The notes under the pieces: generated by a model
Told to the model about the DNA's origin: nothing
Seen by the model: the letters and a program-made list of their open reading frames with translations, nothing else
The model's database searches: none
Shown: positions 24,714 to 38,079 of the stretch, in pieces
Layout: each line of letters opens with the position of its first letter
How positions within the stretch are numbered: position 1 is the first letter of the stretch
Program-made: the position numbers and the translations under genes
NCBI GenBank assembly: GCA_951406725.2
Contig: OX597821.1
Coordinates: 30,876,001 to 30,940,000 of the forward strand
DNA length: 64,000 nt
Reading direction: 5' to 3'
DNA from: Octopus vulgaris
Taxonomy: Eukaryota

Positions 24714-25893
24714 TCTGACTCAAATACTCTGCATACCAATATGAATCCACATTGCAAAATTCAAGATATTTCGTTTGCCGAAGCTACTGGTGGAGTCGCT
24801 GTCGAAGGAACTATACACGCGTATACTTAAATATGTGGGGGTTTTTTAATGGAATTGTAATGGTATTGGTTGAAACCCTGTGCATAACACAATCCAGTTC
24901 TTTTTAAGATATAGTATAGCTTCGAATAAAACGGTTTCAAGGCTAATAATAGTTCAAGGGTAAACAACGAAGTTGTATTGGGTTAAATATGGAATGGAGA
25001 ATTCCCTTGTCATGATATTATTTGGTTATTCAATACATCACGAAGAATACAATAGTACACGCAGTTGAATTTTGATACAATATTTCACTGAAGCAACGGA
25101 AATTCAGTGTCAAATCATTTAAATGCCAGACATATCACAAATCAAAACAGCATTTTAAAGAATTATTAGGGAATGCAGGCGATATACGGAAGTAGAGTTA
25201 ATAAACTGTTGGAGAAATGTGTATAAAAATTTCTCGCAACGTGTGCAAAGCTTCGGCGGACATTTCCCATATGAACAATCAGTATATCTGACACTATACG
25301 CTAGATACTTTTGGGGGAATTAAACAAGAATGGACTATTGAAATAAATATTTTATGGACCATAACAAAGTAATGATGCATTGTCCACATGTTTGTCTGTT
25401 ATTTACCTAAATTATGTACACATTCTCAAAAGGGAAAATTAATGGGTAACATTCCTACAGCGTCAAGTGCTATGATATTAATGTATGCTTGTAAATATAA
25501 ATATAAATATAATAGTTACGAGGAATAGGATATTCAGAGATATAATTTAGATATCACGGCTATAAACTGTGAGGGTGTGTGCTTATTCAGCGGAACTATC
25601 ACAACATTGGTATGCAATTTTTTTCAGAATCGTTTTCTTTTTTATCAAATTCACATATTTATACTTGACTATGAAACTAAATATGTATATCTCTGTATGT
25701 GCATATACGTCCGTGTACATGTGTGCGTGTGCGTGTTCTTGTATGGTTAAGAAGCTGGCAATGTAACCGCATGTTTTCGCGTTCAATTCTCTATAGTTCC
25801 TTCGACAACGACTCCTCCAGTAGCTTCGGCAAACGAATGATTTAGAATTTTACAATGTGGACTCATATTGGTATGCAGTGTATTTGGGTCAGA
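24714..25893. repeat. Pair of ~102-bp inverted repeats (24714-24815, 25792-25893) flanking ~975 bp
   Basis: tatagttccttcgaca.cgactcc.ccagtagcttcggcaaacgaa...tgtgga.tcatattggtatgcag in both orientations, each running outward into (TATC)n. Confidence 0.85.
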
Positions 25894-25900
25894 AAGTGTG

Positions 25901-26005
<105 letters not shown>

Positions 26006-26029
26006 ATGTATGTATATACATATGCTGCG

Positions 26030-26067
<38 letters not shown>

Positions 26068-26106
26068 TATATGTATAAATTTAAGTACATATATATGTGT
26101 ATGTGT

Positions 26107-26330
26107 GAAGGCACATGCGTCAGTGGCCAGGGTAATCAACTCGCAATCGTGTGGTCGTGAGTTCGATTCCCGGCGGTGCGCTTTGCCTTTGAGTATGACA
26201 ATTTTATTTTACGTCGTTCCAGTCCAACCAAATGGCAAAAGTGAGTTGTACTTGTATTACAAAGGGCCGACCTGGTCACATTATGTGTCACGTTGAATCT
26301 CCCTGAAAATCACATAAAGGGCACACGTCT
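26107..26330 (+). mobile_element. tRNA-derived SINE family C, degenerate
   Basis: gaaggcacatgcgtcagtgg head, B-box gagttcgattcc; body related to 55600-55956. Confidence 0.7.
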
Positions 26331-26869
26331 ACTATTTATATTTAAACATTATTATGAATTAATACAAAAAGCTAGGCGCAATATAATACAATAAAGGAAA
26401 ACTATTAGCGTAACTAATTGTGACTGAAGATGCAGAAATACTTATATTTCAGTAATAGGAATTAAAAACTCTTAATGCTGTTAGAAACCTGCAATATATA
26501 AATCCTCGAGCGTTTGAGTAAACTATTGAGCGTCTAATTCGGCGGGTTAATATCTCAGCGTGCAGTTAAGCTTAACGGTAAAACACTCACACGAAGTCTT
26601 TGAAGGATATGTCTTCGAGTCCCATGGCTGATTGTTGACATATTTTCCTGCTTTCTAAGTGTAGTTTATCAAATATTTCCTCTGTTCTAATTCTAACGAA
26701 AACTCTGCGTTGAAAATATATCATCTTCTTTCTATCATATATATATATATATATATAGAAATTCGGGGTGAGTACTTGATAATTATAAGCACCTGTGTAT
26801 ACCGTTTGGTGGTGTAGGTGGTGGAGTAAATTGATCAAAATAAAATAAAAACATGATGCGAAGGACTCA

Positions 26870-26947
26870 GCGGTACATATGTTTCGGGCCTTTATTAGAC
26901 AGATTTATAACAATGCATAATGTATGTCTGTGGCCTTCTTCAGCCGC
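26870..26947 (-). ncRNA. Type I hammerhead ribozyme motif (family 1)
   Basis: gcgg-CTGAAGA-aggcc...ggccc-GAAA-catatgTA-ccgc on the minus strand. Confidence 0.8.
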
Positions 26948-29424
26948 GCACAACAGCTTCCGCAAGGACATGTGTTACATCAAAAATTCTTGGTTGGGGA
27001 TGCAAATCCTCTCATTCACGTACGACATAATGCGGCAGCAGCATAGAATTGAAGCGTCCATCTCTTTCTTCTCTCAATGTAGAATGAGGAAAATTGGATG
27101 TTGAGGTAATGTAAATAAATAAATACATATATAGAGGTGAAGATGGAGGGGCGAGAGTTCGGGACGAGGGATAAAAAATGTATAAAAAGTGTAAGTATAG
27201 AATAATATAAAAATGTAGAGGATAAAGATATAAAGAGTTGTAAGGAGATGTAAAGGGGGTATAAAGAAATATAAAGAAATGTAAATAAATGTAAAGGCAT
27301 AAGGTTATAAAGTAAAAATAGAAATAGAAATAAAAGTAAAAAAATCTGATAAAACCATGATAAAAGTGTAAAAGAATGTAAAGATAAGGGATGTATAGAG
27401 GTTACGGACCAAGCATGGTGGTCAGGAGATTGATAAAATTTAGTTGTAGAATTGTCAGTAAATCAACAGTAAATCAACAGTTTCGTCTGGGGACTTAATG
27501 CGTTGTAAATCAGAGCTGATGAGCATTTAATCTGGTTCCTTGAATTAAATGGACTTCTAGTACATACATATCATCATGGATACATACACCCACATACACG
27601 CGTACATATACGCCTCCAAGTATATAAGCATACACACGCACTCGCGTGTAAACACGTACATAAACACACACGCACCCACACGCACGCGCGTACATACACA
27701 TACATACACCAGAATATCCGCATATATACACGGACATTACGCGCGTACACGCTCACATGTATATACGCGCGCCCATCACTACATACACACACGCATATGC
27801 CCACGCCTCTAGGTCCAGGTATAAGATATTAAAGGATGTGTATAAGAACGTAAGTAAAGAATCCCGTACTCATGTCAATACGCGCACGCACACACGGCTG
27901 TGTGTCCGTATGTGCGTGCACATATACACTCACATACACACAGAGAGAGACACATGCGCACATGGGTATAGCTATAAGATATCGAAGTATGCATGTACAT
28001 ATATGCGCGTGCATATGTATGTATGCGCATACACACGTACGCGGACGCTCGTATATTCAAAAGATGGATCCATGGGTAAGTAAATAAACATATATAGAGG
28101 TGTAAAGCGATAAGTTAGGGGTAAGAATGAGGGTAAGGGTAAAGATTAGAAATAAAAAATACAGTATAAAATAAGAAATACAATGTAATAGTTAGAAATG
28201 AAGTATAAGGATTATAAAAATTATAAGAGTTAAGGTAAGGGATGAAAATGAAAATGAGAATAAATGGAAGTAGAATAAAAGTAAAAATAAAATTAAAAAT
28301 AAAAATAAATGGAAGTAGGATAAAAGTAAAAATAAAAGTAAAAATAAAAATAAAATAAAATAAGATAGAAATATAATTTTGTAAAGTTTAACATGAGATG
28401 GAGGTGGTTGAAAGTTAGAGGTGTGTGTTAAACGTAGGGGCGGGCGGGGGGAACTGAAAATTGGAAGGGTGGGAAGTGGAGTTTGGCGGAAGTGGAGTTT
28501 ACAAAATTATATTTTTATCTTATTTTATTTTATTTTTATTTTTACATTTATTTTTACTTTTATCCTACTTCCATTTATTTTTATTTTTAATTTTATTTTT
28601 ACTTTTATTCTACTTCCATTTATTCTCATTTTCATTTTCATCCCTTACCTTAACTCTTATAATTTTTATAATCCTTATACTTCATTTCTAACTATTACAT
28701 TGTATTTCTTATTTTATACTGTATTTTTTATTTCTAATCTTTACCCTTACCCTCATTCTTACCCCTAACTTATCGCTTTACACCTCTATATATGTTTATT
28801 TACTTACCCATGGATCCATCTTTTGAATATACGAGCGTCCGCGTACGTGTGTATGCGCATACATACATATGCACGCGCATATATGTACATGCATACTTCG
28901 ATATCTTATAGCTATACCCATGTGCGCATGTGTCTCTCTCTGTGTGTATGTGAGTGTATATGTGCACGCACATACGGACACACAGCCGTGTGTGCGTGCG
29001 CGTATTGACATGAGTACGGGATTCTTTACTTACGTTCTTATACACATCCTTTAATATCTTATACCTGGACCTAGAGGCGTGGGCATATGCGTGTGTGTAT
29101 GTAGTGATGGGCGCGCGTATATACATGTGAGCGTGTACGCGCGTAATGTCCGTGTATATATGCGGATATTCTGGTGTATGTATGTGTATGTACGCGCGTG
29201 CGTGTGGGTGCGTGTGTGTTTATGTACGTGTTTACACGCGAGTGCGTGTGTATGCTTATATACTTGGAGGCGTATATGTACGCGTGTATGTGGGTGTATG
29301 TATCCATGATGATATGTATGTACTAGAAGTCCATTTAATTCAAGGAACCAGATTAAATGAGAGGATTTGCATCCCCAACCAAGAATTTTTGATGTAACAC
29401 ATGTCCTTGCGGAAGCTGTTGTGC

Positions 29425-29502
29425 GCGGCTGAAGAAGGCCACAGACATACATTATGCATTGTTATAAATCTGTCTAATAAAGGCCCGAAACATATGTACC
29501 GC
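29425..29502 (+). ncRNA. Type I hammerhead ribozyme motif (family 1)
   Basis: Stem I gcgg/ccgc, core CTGAAGA and GAAA, stem II ggcc/ggcc with ~40-nt structured loop, palindromic stem III acatatgt, GUA triplet. Confidence 0.8.
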
Positions 29503-29529
29503 TGAGTCCTTCGCATCATGTTTTTATTT

Positions 29530-29590
<61 letters not shown>

Positions 29591-30547
29591 TGCAAGGACA
29601 ATACACGACTTCGTTGAAATTCCTTTCCGGAAAGGAAATTATATAAAATTTGGGATTTTTTGCGGAGAGTGAAAGTGGTAACAAGAACAGGACGGGGCGA
29701 AGACAGTAAAACAAACGGTGGGTGCTGTTAAGCCAAGACGATAGAAAAATTATTATGAACGCTAGGAAGACGACCTTATGAAAAGAGACAGGTATAAGCA
29801 CGTGTTGCCTTTAGGAAAGAAATGGGCAAGAAAATCATTCCCTTACCTAACGTGTCAGCGACGAGAGTGTCAAGGAGGAAGAGAGAGAGAGTGAACGGTG
29901 AAGAGAAGAGGAGAAGAATAGGGAAGGGTGGGAGAGAAAACCAGAAAGGATGAAGAACCAGAGAGGGAGGGAGATGGGCAGAGAAGAGATGGTAGAGATA
30001 GAGAGTAGTAGAGATAGTTGAAGAACAAGACAGGGAGAGATATAGACAGGAAAGAGATAGGAGAGAGAGAAGAGTGCGCATCGTAATTATTAAGATAACA
30101 CTTACTCGGAAAAGGATGCATGGAGTTCGAACATCTAATAATATAAATAATATATAAATATACGCATATATACATATATATATATATGTACATACCTACA
30201 TATGTATGTATATATACATGCATATATGGAACAAGACCTAAAAAAAAAGATGAACACAATGAAAATTCTTTATTTTGCATGTTTCGTTTTTCTGTTGTTC
30301 GAAAAAAGTTCGTTTTGTATGGTTTTGTTTTTATGTTTTCATTTCTCATTGTGTTCAAGGTTTTTTTGATGTCCTGTACACATATATGCATGTATATATA
30401 CATATATATGTAAGTAGGTACATATATTTACTTATATATACATATATTTATACATTACTTACATTGCATTATATTATATTATATTATAATATATATATAT
30501 ATGTATAAATGTATATACATATAAATATAATGTATATATATATATAT

Positions 30548-30602
<55 letters not shown>

Positions 30603-30606
<4 letters not shown>

Positions 30607-30794
30607 GGTCCCGGGTTGATTCGGGGTTAACCACAGTAAATAAGGTACTCAATACATAGCAGAGTAAAATTAATTTATTATATAGAAGGAGCTTCTACAG
30701 GACTAGAACTGTTTCATTCAAGAGAAATCTTCAGTTTCCTGAAGATTTCTCTTGAATGAAACAGTTCTAGTCCTGTAGAAGCTCCTTCTATATA

Positions 30795-30800
<6 letters not shown>
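30603..30800. mobile_element. Short PLE-type terminus (family 2) with a perfect 62-bp fold-back, in (TA)n
   Basis: 30673-30734 is the exact reverse complement of 30739-30800; 30603-30734 matches the reverse complement of 51976-52106. Confidence 0.85.
30733..30783 (+). ncRNA. Type I hammerhead ribozyme motif (family 2)
   Basis: agtttc-CTGAAGA-tttctcttgaat-GAAA-cag ttctagtc ctgTA-gaagct. Confidence 0.7.
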
Positions 30801-30892
<92 letters not shown>

Positions 30893-31249
30893 TATAGAAA
30901 ACGATTGAAACGATAAATTCGATACATGCTGCATGCATTTTAATTTAGTAGTTTAGCTGATCGCAGGTATACTGTTAAGCCGTGATTCAGGTAATTACAG
31001 AAAGAAAGCGAATTTTAATCTCGTGCAACTGGTTGAGGTGGCCGACGTAATGGCTTTATTGTTTGTAGTACAGGATAAACTTCACGGATAGATGTCGCCT
31101 ATTTGCCCTTTGATGGCTATATGCCCTAAAATGAAGACCAGTATCCACACACACGTAAGGTACACATATATAATATACACACGTACACACACATTCACAC
31201 TTACACATACAAACATATGTATGTGTATATATATACATATGTATATATG

Positions 31250-31302
<53 letters not shown>

Positions 31303-31354
31303 GATGAAGGAATACATTATACAAATCATTTCAAAGAATATATATATGTGTATA

Positions 31355-31422
<68 letters not shown>

Positions 31423-31457
31423 CGTATATAAATATATATATATATGTATATATATAT

Positions 31458-31497
<40 letters not shown>

Positions 31498-31505
31498 ATA
31501 TATAC

Positions 31506-31611
<106 letters not shown>

Positions 31612-32051
31612 AATGCGAAAGGAACATCAAAAATATATTTAATAAATAAGACATACGCACTACTATCAACCAATAATTTCATTAATAACGAAAAGAAACG
31701 CAAGAATATGATTGATTGGAATATATATAAGACAAGTTCTTTACGCATTATTTTTCTCAAATAATGGGATAGAGATAAATTTGCAAAGGAAATTGCGTCA
31801 TAAATCTAAAAAAAAATGACAACGTTCTAAATAACTGACAGACGAATACATTTTCGCTTGTTCCTTGGTAGGTTGTTGTTTTGGAATTACTTTTTTACAC
31901 CTCCTCATATACATAAATACATATACCCATATGTACATACGTATATACCTATGTACATATACATATACATATACACATGTGTGTACACACACAGACGTAA
32001 CATTATATTAAAAACTATAAACAAGTATTTATAAATGAATACACACCAATA

Positions 32052-32123
<72 letters not shown>

Positions 32124-32580
32124 GTATACTATGTACACTTGCATGGATGTGTATAAATTTATGAGTGTGTGTCAGTGTAAATATATATTTATGCATATTC
32201 AGCTTGTAATATTTCATCTGCTACAGTTTAAACTAAAAGTATATGCTTTTCCCTTATTAGCGCAGATTAGAAATTTCGGATGCATTCTTCTCATAAACTC
32301 TAGCATCATTAACAAAGTCTTCTGTGGTTAGGAGAGAGAAAGAGAGAGAGAGAGAGAGAGTATTTCTTTATTCACCATAAGGTTGAGAAAAAGAGGGGAC
32401 AAAACAAACGTTGGGGTCAGGGTATCGAATGAGGCGAAACATATGAATAAACAAACAATTAAAATATATACAATTAAATGAGAATGAGTGATTAACAAAA
32501 AATGAAGCGGAGGACGCGGTCGACCCCACAAACCACATACTCACACTGAAGACTTGCTTTATCCTTTTTTACAATCTCGA

Positions 32581-35500
32581 TTAAACAGGTTCTTTCAATC
32601 GCAACATACTTGCTATAGACTTCCATCTTTTACGAAACACACTTTGCGACAGGCATTTCTTCTCCAGCCTTATTTTCCGTTTCATGTGGAAAACGAAAAA
32701 GTCGATTAGCTCGAGACTGGAGATAAACATGCCTGTTGCAATTCCTTTTACTCTCGTCTTCCACACTACTTCTTTCGCCATAGCAACTACCGAAAGAAAA
32801 CAGGCTCGCTCCTCCCTATTCAGGAAGGTCGGCGGAACTATCTTAATTACAGTTGTACTCTTCTCGAATGCGACAGCAGGTGTTCGACATAAGTCCAGAG
32901 TTCAGTCACCTTGGGGCATTGCACAATCGCGTGCAGGACAGTTTCACTGTCCCTCTTACATCTTGCACAAACCGGCGAAGGTGCACACCCATGTCTAAAG
33001 AGCTTATCTCGAACCGGTAAATCTCCTCTGTAACATTGCCAGGCCAGGGACTTTTGGTAATTATCCATAGGCCCCGGACCGAATGTTCTTTGGAACAGGC
33101 TGGCCAGTTGATTTTCGTCGAAGCCCAGAGTTTCTCCTAGTACGTCGTCACACTTAAACTCTACTAACCCTCTATAGAAGAAAGCGGTAGTAGCCCCGCC
33201 ACCGGCGTTGCCCGACTGGGGGAGAAGCACGAGTGCCTGATAGCACTCTGCATGCCACATGCCCAACCTCGGTTTACACTTGATCCATGGGTTCAGTTCG
33301 TTAAACGATGTGAACTGTGGAAATAACAGCTTGACAAACGGAGACCACAGTCCAGGTAAATCCAGAGGTGCCTAAGCCTGAGCGCACGTCTGCGCATTTT
33401 TAGCCACGGCATCCCTAACTCACCGTTCAGCGGCTTTTGGCAGCAAATAGAGCGCCTTACAAGAGGTCTGCTGCCCCTCCACAAAAAGCGAAAGAGCATG
33501 CGTTCCAGTTTGTTCAGCCACGAATCGGGGGAAGGCACTACGGTTAGGCGGTAAGTGATTACAGAGGCGATAAACACTTCTGCAACCTCCGCCCTCCCTT
33601 TCAAGGACAGTTTCCGCTCAGACCATGTCTGAGTTAGGAGAGCCACCTTTCTCGCCACCTCGCTCCAGTACTTCTCTATCTGGAGATCTGGACCTAACCA
33701 GATCCCAAGCATTTTCACCGGTCCTTCCGTCCACCGTCCTACGACGCTGTCGGAAGACATCGACTTGCCCCTCCAGGTGCCGAGTTGCAAGCCGACCGAT
33801 TTATCCCGGTTGACTTTCGCTCCTGCCACCGCTTCGTAGTCCATTAAGGCCTCACCCACCCACTGTAGGTGCTCGACTCGGGAAACGATGACGGTGATGT
33901 CGTCCGCATACGCCGAAGCTGACTTTCCGCACCCTAGATCTTGCGGGGTGCCTCTCATAGTTTCCAACCCCCTCAGCAACGGCTCGAGGGCCAAAACGTA
34001 GAGAAGCGGGGAGAGAGGACACCCTTGACGTACCGAACGTTCAATGCTGAACGGTTCCGAAAGGAAACCATTTACCCGAACTACCGATTCGATGTTGCTG
34101 TATAAAGCGATGATCCATCCGCGGAAGGTCGGGCCGAGGCCAGCCGCCGCGAGGACCGCCTCCAGATACTGATGGTCCACCCTATCAAACGCTTTCGATT
34201 GGTCCAAGTGGACCATAGCCCCACCCTTGCCAGGAATCCTATTTACCCTTTCTAAGGCATAGCGTAGAAAGTGGAGATTGTCGTGGATGGTCCTTCCAGG
34301 GATGGCGCAAGTTTGCGCCTCGCCAACAAGTTCACCCACGACCCTCGCCAACCTTTTTGCTAAGACCTTGGCCAAGATCTTCAACTCTGCGTTAAGCAGA
34401 GTGATAGGCCGGAAATTATCAATTAAATCCCCCTTGTTTGGGTCCTTTCTTAAGAGCGCTACCACCCCTCGGCTCACAGACTTAGGAATTCTCCCGTTCT
34501 GCTGCCAGTTGGTGTACACGCATGCAAGTAGGTGCCCAAACAAGTCTGGCATGCTACTATAGAGTTCGTAACGCAAACCGTCGAGTCCCGGCGATTTGTC
34601 CCCGCCGCAGTCTGCCAACATATCCTCGACTTCTTTGGCTGTGATCGGCGCCTCACAAGATTCCGCGTCCGGCCTCGATAGACGCGGAGAACCGACTAGG
34701 AAGTCTGCGAGCTTCTCCCCGCGCTCCAGCCCGCCGCTCCTCCCGAATAGCTGGGCGAAATGATCATGAAACACCTTGCTCATCTCCTCGGGTTCGTTTA
34801 CTAATCGACCATTTGGGCCCGTCAAGGATCGAATGGTTGAGTTGTTGCCACGCTGGCCCTCTACCACCCGGGCCCATCCGGCTGCGTTGATCCCTTCCTG
34901 TCTCATTGCACGGATCTTAGCCCTGACAATGCACCCTTCATGTTTAGCTTTGAGATGTTGGTCTAGTGCTAACCTCGCCGCTAACACTTTCGATGCACTG
35001 CCTGACCTCATTGCCTCCTCTATTGCCTTAACTAGTTCCTATTCTACTTTGTTTCTAGCACTAGCTAGTTCTTTGCTAAACCTAATTGACTCAAATTTGA
35101 TGGCTCTTTTCAGGGCGTACCACCATTTATTGTTGATAATGGATCCGGTTAACGCCCTCATTACTAATTGTTTAATCCGATTCCTGTAGGCTTCACAGTC
35201 CAATAGTGACTTGTTTAGCTTCCAGTAGCCGGTACCTCGTCTACACATGCTATCTATGTCGAGCGTACAGGTCACTAATTTGTGATCGCTGTAGCTGACG
35301 ATATGGTGTTGTGGACAGCTAAGTATTTTCTTATCTTTCCTTCTAGTTATGATTCTATCGATATAAGATCTGGACGACCCGTCGTTTCTTGCCCAGGTCC
35401 ACGCTGGAGTGTCTGGATGGTCCAGTCTGAATCTATCTGCCAATTCGAAAAGACTTAGCATATCGTTGAGGTGAGGTAATCCCCTCGTATTCTTTCTTGA

Positions 35501-35960
35501 GCCAACACAATCTACGCTTGCATCGCAAATTATGTTGAAGTCACCTAGCAATACTAACGCGTTCGACATGCCAAAAATATCCTCTAGGCTTTTGAAATAC
35601 TCTTTCTGCCCGGCTTTTCCTTCGCAGGGAGCATAGACAGCGACCAGCCTGAACACTTTACCACTGCTGTGCGTCACATCCTAAACGACCAACCTGCCTT
35701 CCGGATCTATAAAGACAGTTCTAATCTCTAAATCCAGGTTTTTCCTGACCAGCACTGCCACTCCTCCTCCCCCTCCAGGTCGTCAGCGAGAAATGTATTT
35801 CTCGTAGCCGTTTAGACGGGGCGAAAAAGCCTGCAGTCCACTCAGTCTGGATTCGGTAATTACCACTACATCCAAACGATGCGACCTAAGGTCGTTAAGG
35901 AGGTAGCCTTGCTTCCAATACGACCCCAGGCCGCGAGTATTTATACAACCGAGTTTAAAC
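32581..35960 (-). pseudogene. Tx1-like ORF2 (APE + RT + Cys-rich C-terminus) with a few stops/frameshifts
   Basis: CINTRGL, VAVYAP, GDFN, SYIDR, SDH, YWKLN, KSPGLDG, FRPITLLN, DQSKAFDRVDH, VRQGCPLSP, AYADD, CARC..ETVLHAIVQC. Confidence 0.93.
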
Positions 35961-36285
35961 GAGAAAGTGAAAATTTAGTCGAATGTTTAAAACTTACTGT
36001 TTTAACAGAAGAGAGGGTGTAGTTTCACCCTCCTCTTTTCTGTCTGTGAGTGTTGTGTTTTGCGTGGTCAGTTTTTTTGCGAATTGCTTGTACAGATGGC
36101 TTGAAAAGTTCATCTGTAACGGGCCTACGTCCTCCGCAAAATATTTTTTAATTTCAAAATAATCCGCGTTATCTATCGTATAAAATTCTACATTTCCAGA
36201 TATAATACTATTTATATCTGTTGCGATATATTTTTCGCCGATTTCAGTAAATTAATTTTTTCCCTTAATAGGTTATTGTTTTTAT

Positions 36286-37601
36286 TTATCGCCGTGAATG
36301 TGTTTCTTTTTTTTTGTTAGGTGATTGTGGAGGGGGCTGTGTGTGTGTGTTTGTGGGTGTGTGTGTGCTTGTAGAAGCGTGGGTGTTTGTAAGTGTGTGC
36401 GTGCTTGTGGTAGGTGTGTGAGTGACTGTGTGTGCTTTTTCCAGTATGTGTGTTTTTTTGGCTACGTGTGTGTTTGCGACTGTATTTGTGGGTGTGGGTG
36501 TGCTTGTCTGTGTCAGAGTATAGTCCTGTGTATCCGAAGAGGGTGGATTTTTCCGTTTCCGTCTTCTTTTTGAAGCTTCCACGTTGACCCACTGCTGGAT
36601 GTTGTTGTTGTTGTTGTCATCGTTGTTTTCTCCCGTTGTCGGCTGAATTTCGGCAATTGGGGTGCGCGACGTGGCTGCTATTTCTAGCGGTGAAGTTGTT
36701 TTCGGCGTCGTGCTTGCCTCTGTAGTATTTTCTTTCGCTGTCTTCTTGCAGCTCGACCTTATGTGGCCTTTCTCGCCACATTTATAGCACCTCGGTTTTC
36801 TTCCCTCGACTATTACCATCAAGGTGGTATTATCTCCAATGGTGAGGGAGCTTGGCAATTTTTCCAAGTCCGAGGGGTTCGCTTGGATCACAAGCTCTAA
36901 ATCCTGTCCATACCAGGTTGTGGGGCGATATCTTTTAGACTGAAGAATGGCAATTTCTTCCTCTTTGCCTAAGAGAATCGCTGCTGTTATGAAATCCACA
37001 TCTACTTCGGGCGGAATGTCCGTAACCGTTATTCTGCTAGTTCTCATTCCTAAATAAAATGGTAAAAGAACTACCTCTTCTGACTTCAACGTTCTTGTTG
37101 AATGTTCCCTAGCTATTTCTTCGCTAGGGAAACGCACCTCTACCGTGCCGAAGCGACTACCCCTTGTTATAAATGTAGTTTGTTGCCATATCGGCCTCAA
37201 ACATTTTTCAATGGCTTCTCTATGTACGAAGTCAATTTTCTTATTTTTTACATTATACGTCTTATATATGACAGTTTTTCTCTCCGTCGCGTAAATCAAT
37301 TCACTGGGAGGGAACAACTTCACATTATCACCTTCTTTTTTAGTAGTCCTTGGTATCTCTTTAATTCTTCCTTGTTGATGACTATATTTTCACAGGGGCG
37401 AGTTGCTGCACTCGCAAAATTTATTTTTGCCTTTTCTTGTCGTTTACTATCTTCGCCAGACATATTGTCGTCTGCTTTTGTAACGCTCGCGTGAGACGTC
37501 TCTTTACTTCTACCTTCCTCCTCCCGCATTTTCGCCTTCATGCCTTCAAACAAATTTTCAACGTTTTCCTCCGACTCGGAGGAGACTGGTTGCAAATTCA
37601 T
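36286..37601 (-). pseudogene. Tx1-like ORF1 (frameshifted) with zinc knuckle
   Basis: ORFs 37320-37601 and 36286-37323; CYKCGEKGHIRSSC. Confidence 0.85.
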
Positions 37602-37762
37602 GTATTTTCGTCACTTCCCCCTTGAAACAAGGGGGAAAGAACAGCAGAACTCTGCTGCAACAGCAGAAAAGAAGTGGCCTCGACGACCAAAACAGCAAAT
37701 TTTCAAACTTTTCAGCACAAAAACAATCTTTCACTGCGGAGCAAAGAATAACACGACCGATA

Positions 37763-37799
<37 letters not shown>

Positions 37800-38079
37800 T
37801 AGACAGAGAGAGAGAGACACAGAGAGAGAGAGACATACAGACACACAAACAGACAGAGATGTGGTCAAATGTCATTGAAGTGTTTAGAGGTAACATTAGA
37901 AGCGTCCTTGATGATGGCGTGGCAAATTGTTTCAAAAGCTTTGTTAAACAAACTAGACCACGGATCTGATTATAATTCCTTTCCATTCTAAAATAAACAA
38001 TAATCATCATATTATTGTTAGATGTTTCGACTTGGTTAAGACTATCGAAATGGTGCTTAAACATCTTCTAGAGTCTGTG

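Larger units (their letters stand above)
26758..29535. mobile_element. Non-coding PLE/retrozyme-like element with long inverted repeats and two hammerhead motifs, inserted in (TA)n
   Basis: 27524-28385 inverted vs 28498-29359 (862 bp, two mismatches seen); 26837-27016 inverted vs 29356-29535 (180 bp); (TA)n on both flanks; no credible ORF. Confidence 0.85.
32361..37762 (-). mobile_element. Near-full-length Tx1/L1-clade LINE inserted in a (TC)n microsatellite
   Basis: ORF1 with CCHC knuckle; ORF2 with APE, RT and C-terminal Cys motif; (GA)n on the plus strand at both ends. Confidence 0.92.

Noticed and set aside
27516-27555. CTGATGA followed by a catttaa/ttaaatg stem
   Set aside because: No GAAA after the stem and no stem I/III; not a hammerhead.
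27510-29452. Duplicated 60-130-aa ORFs on opposite strands
   Set aside because: They arise from the inverted repeat of CA/TA/CG-rich sequence; no domain signal.
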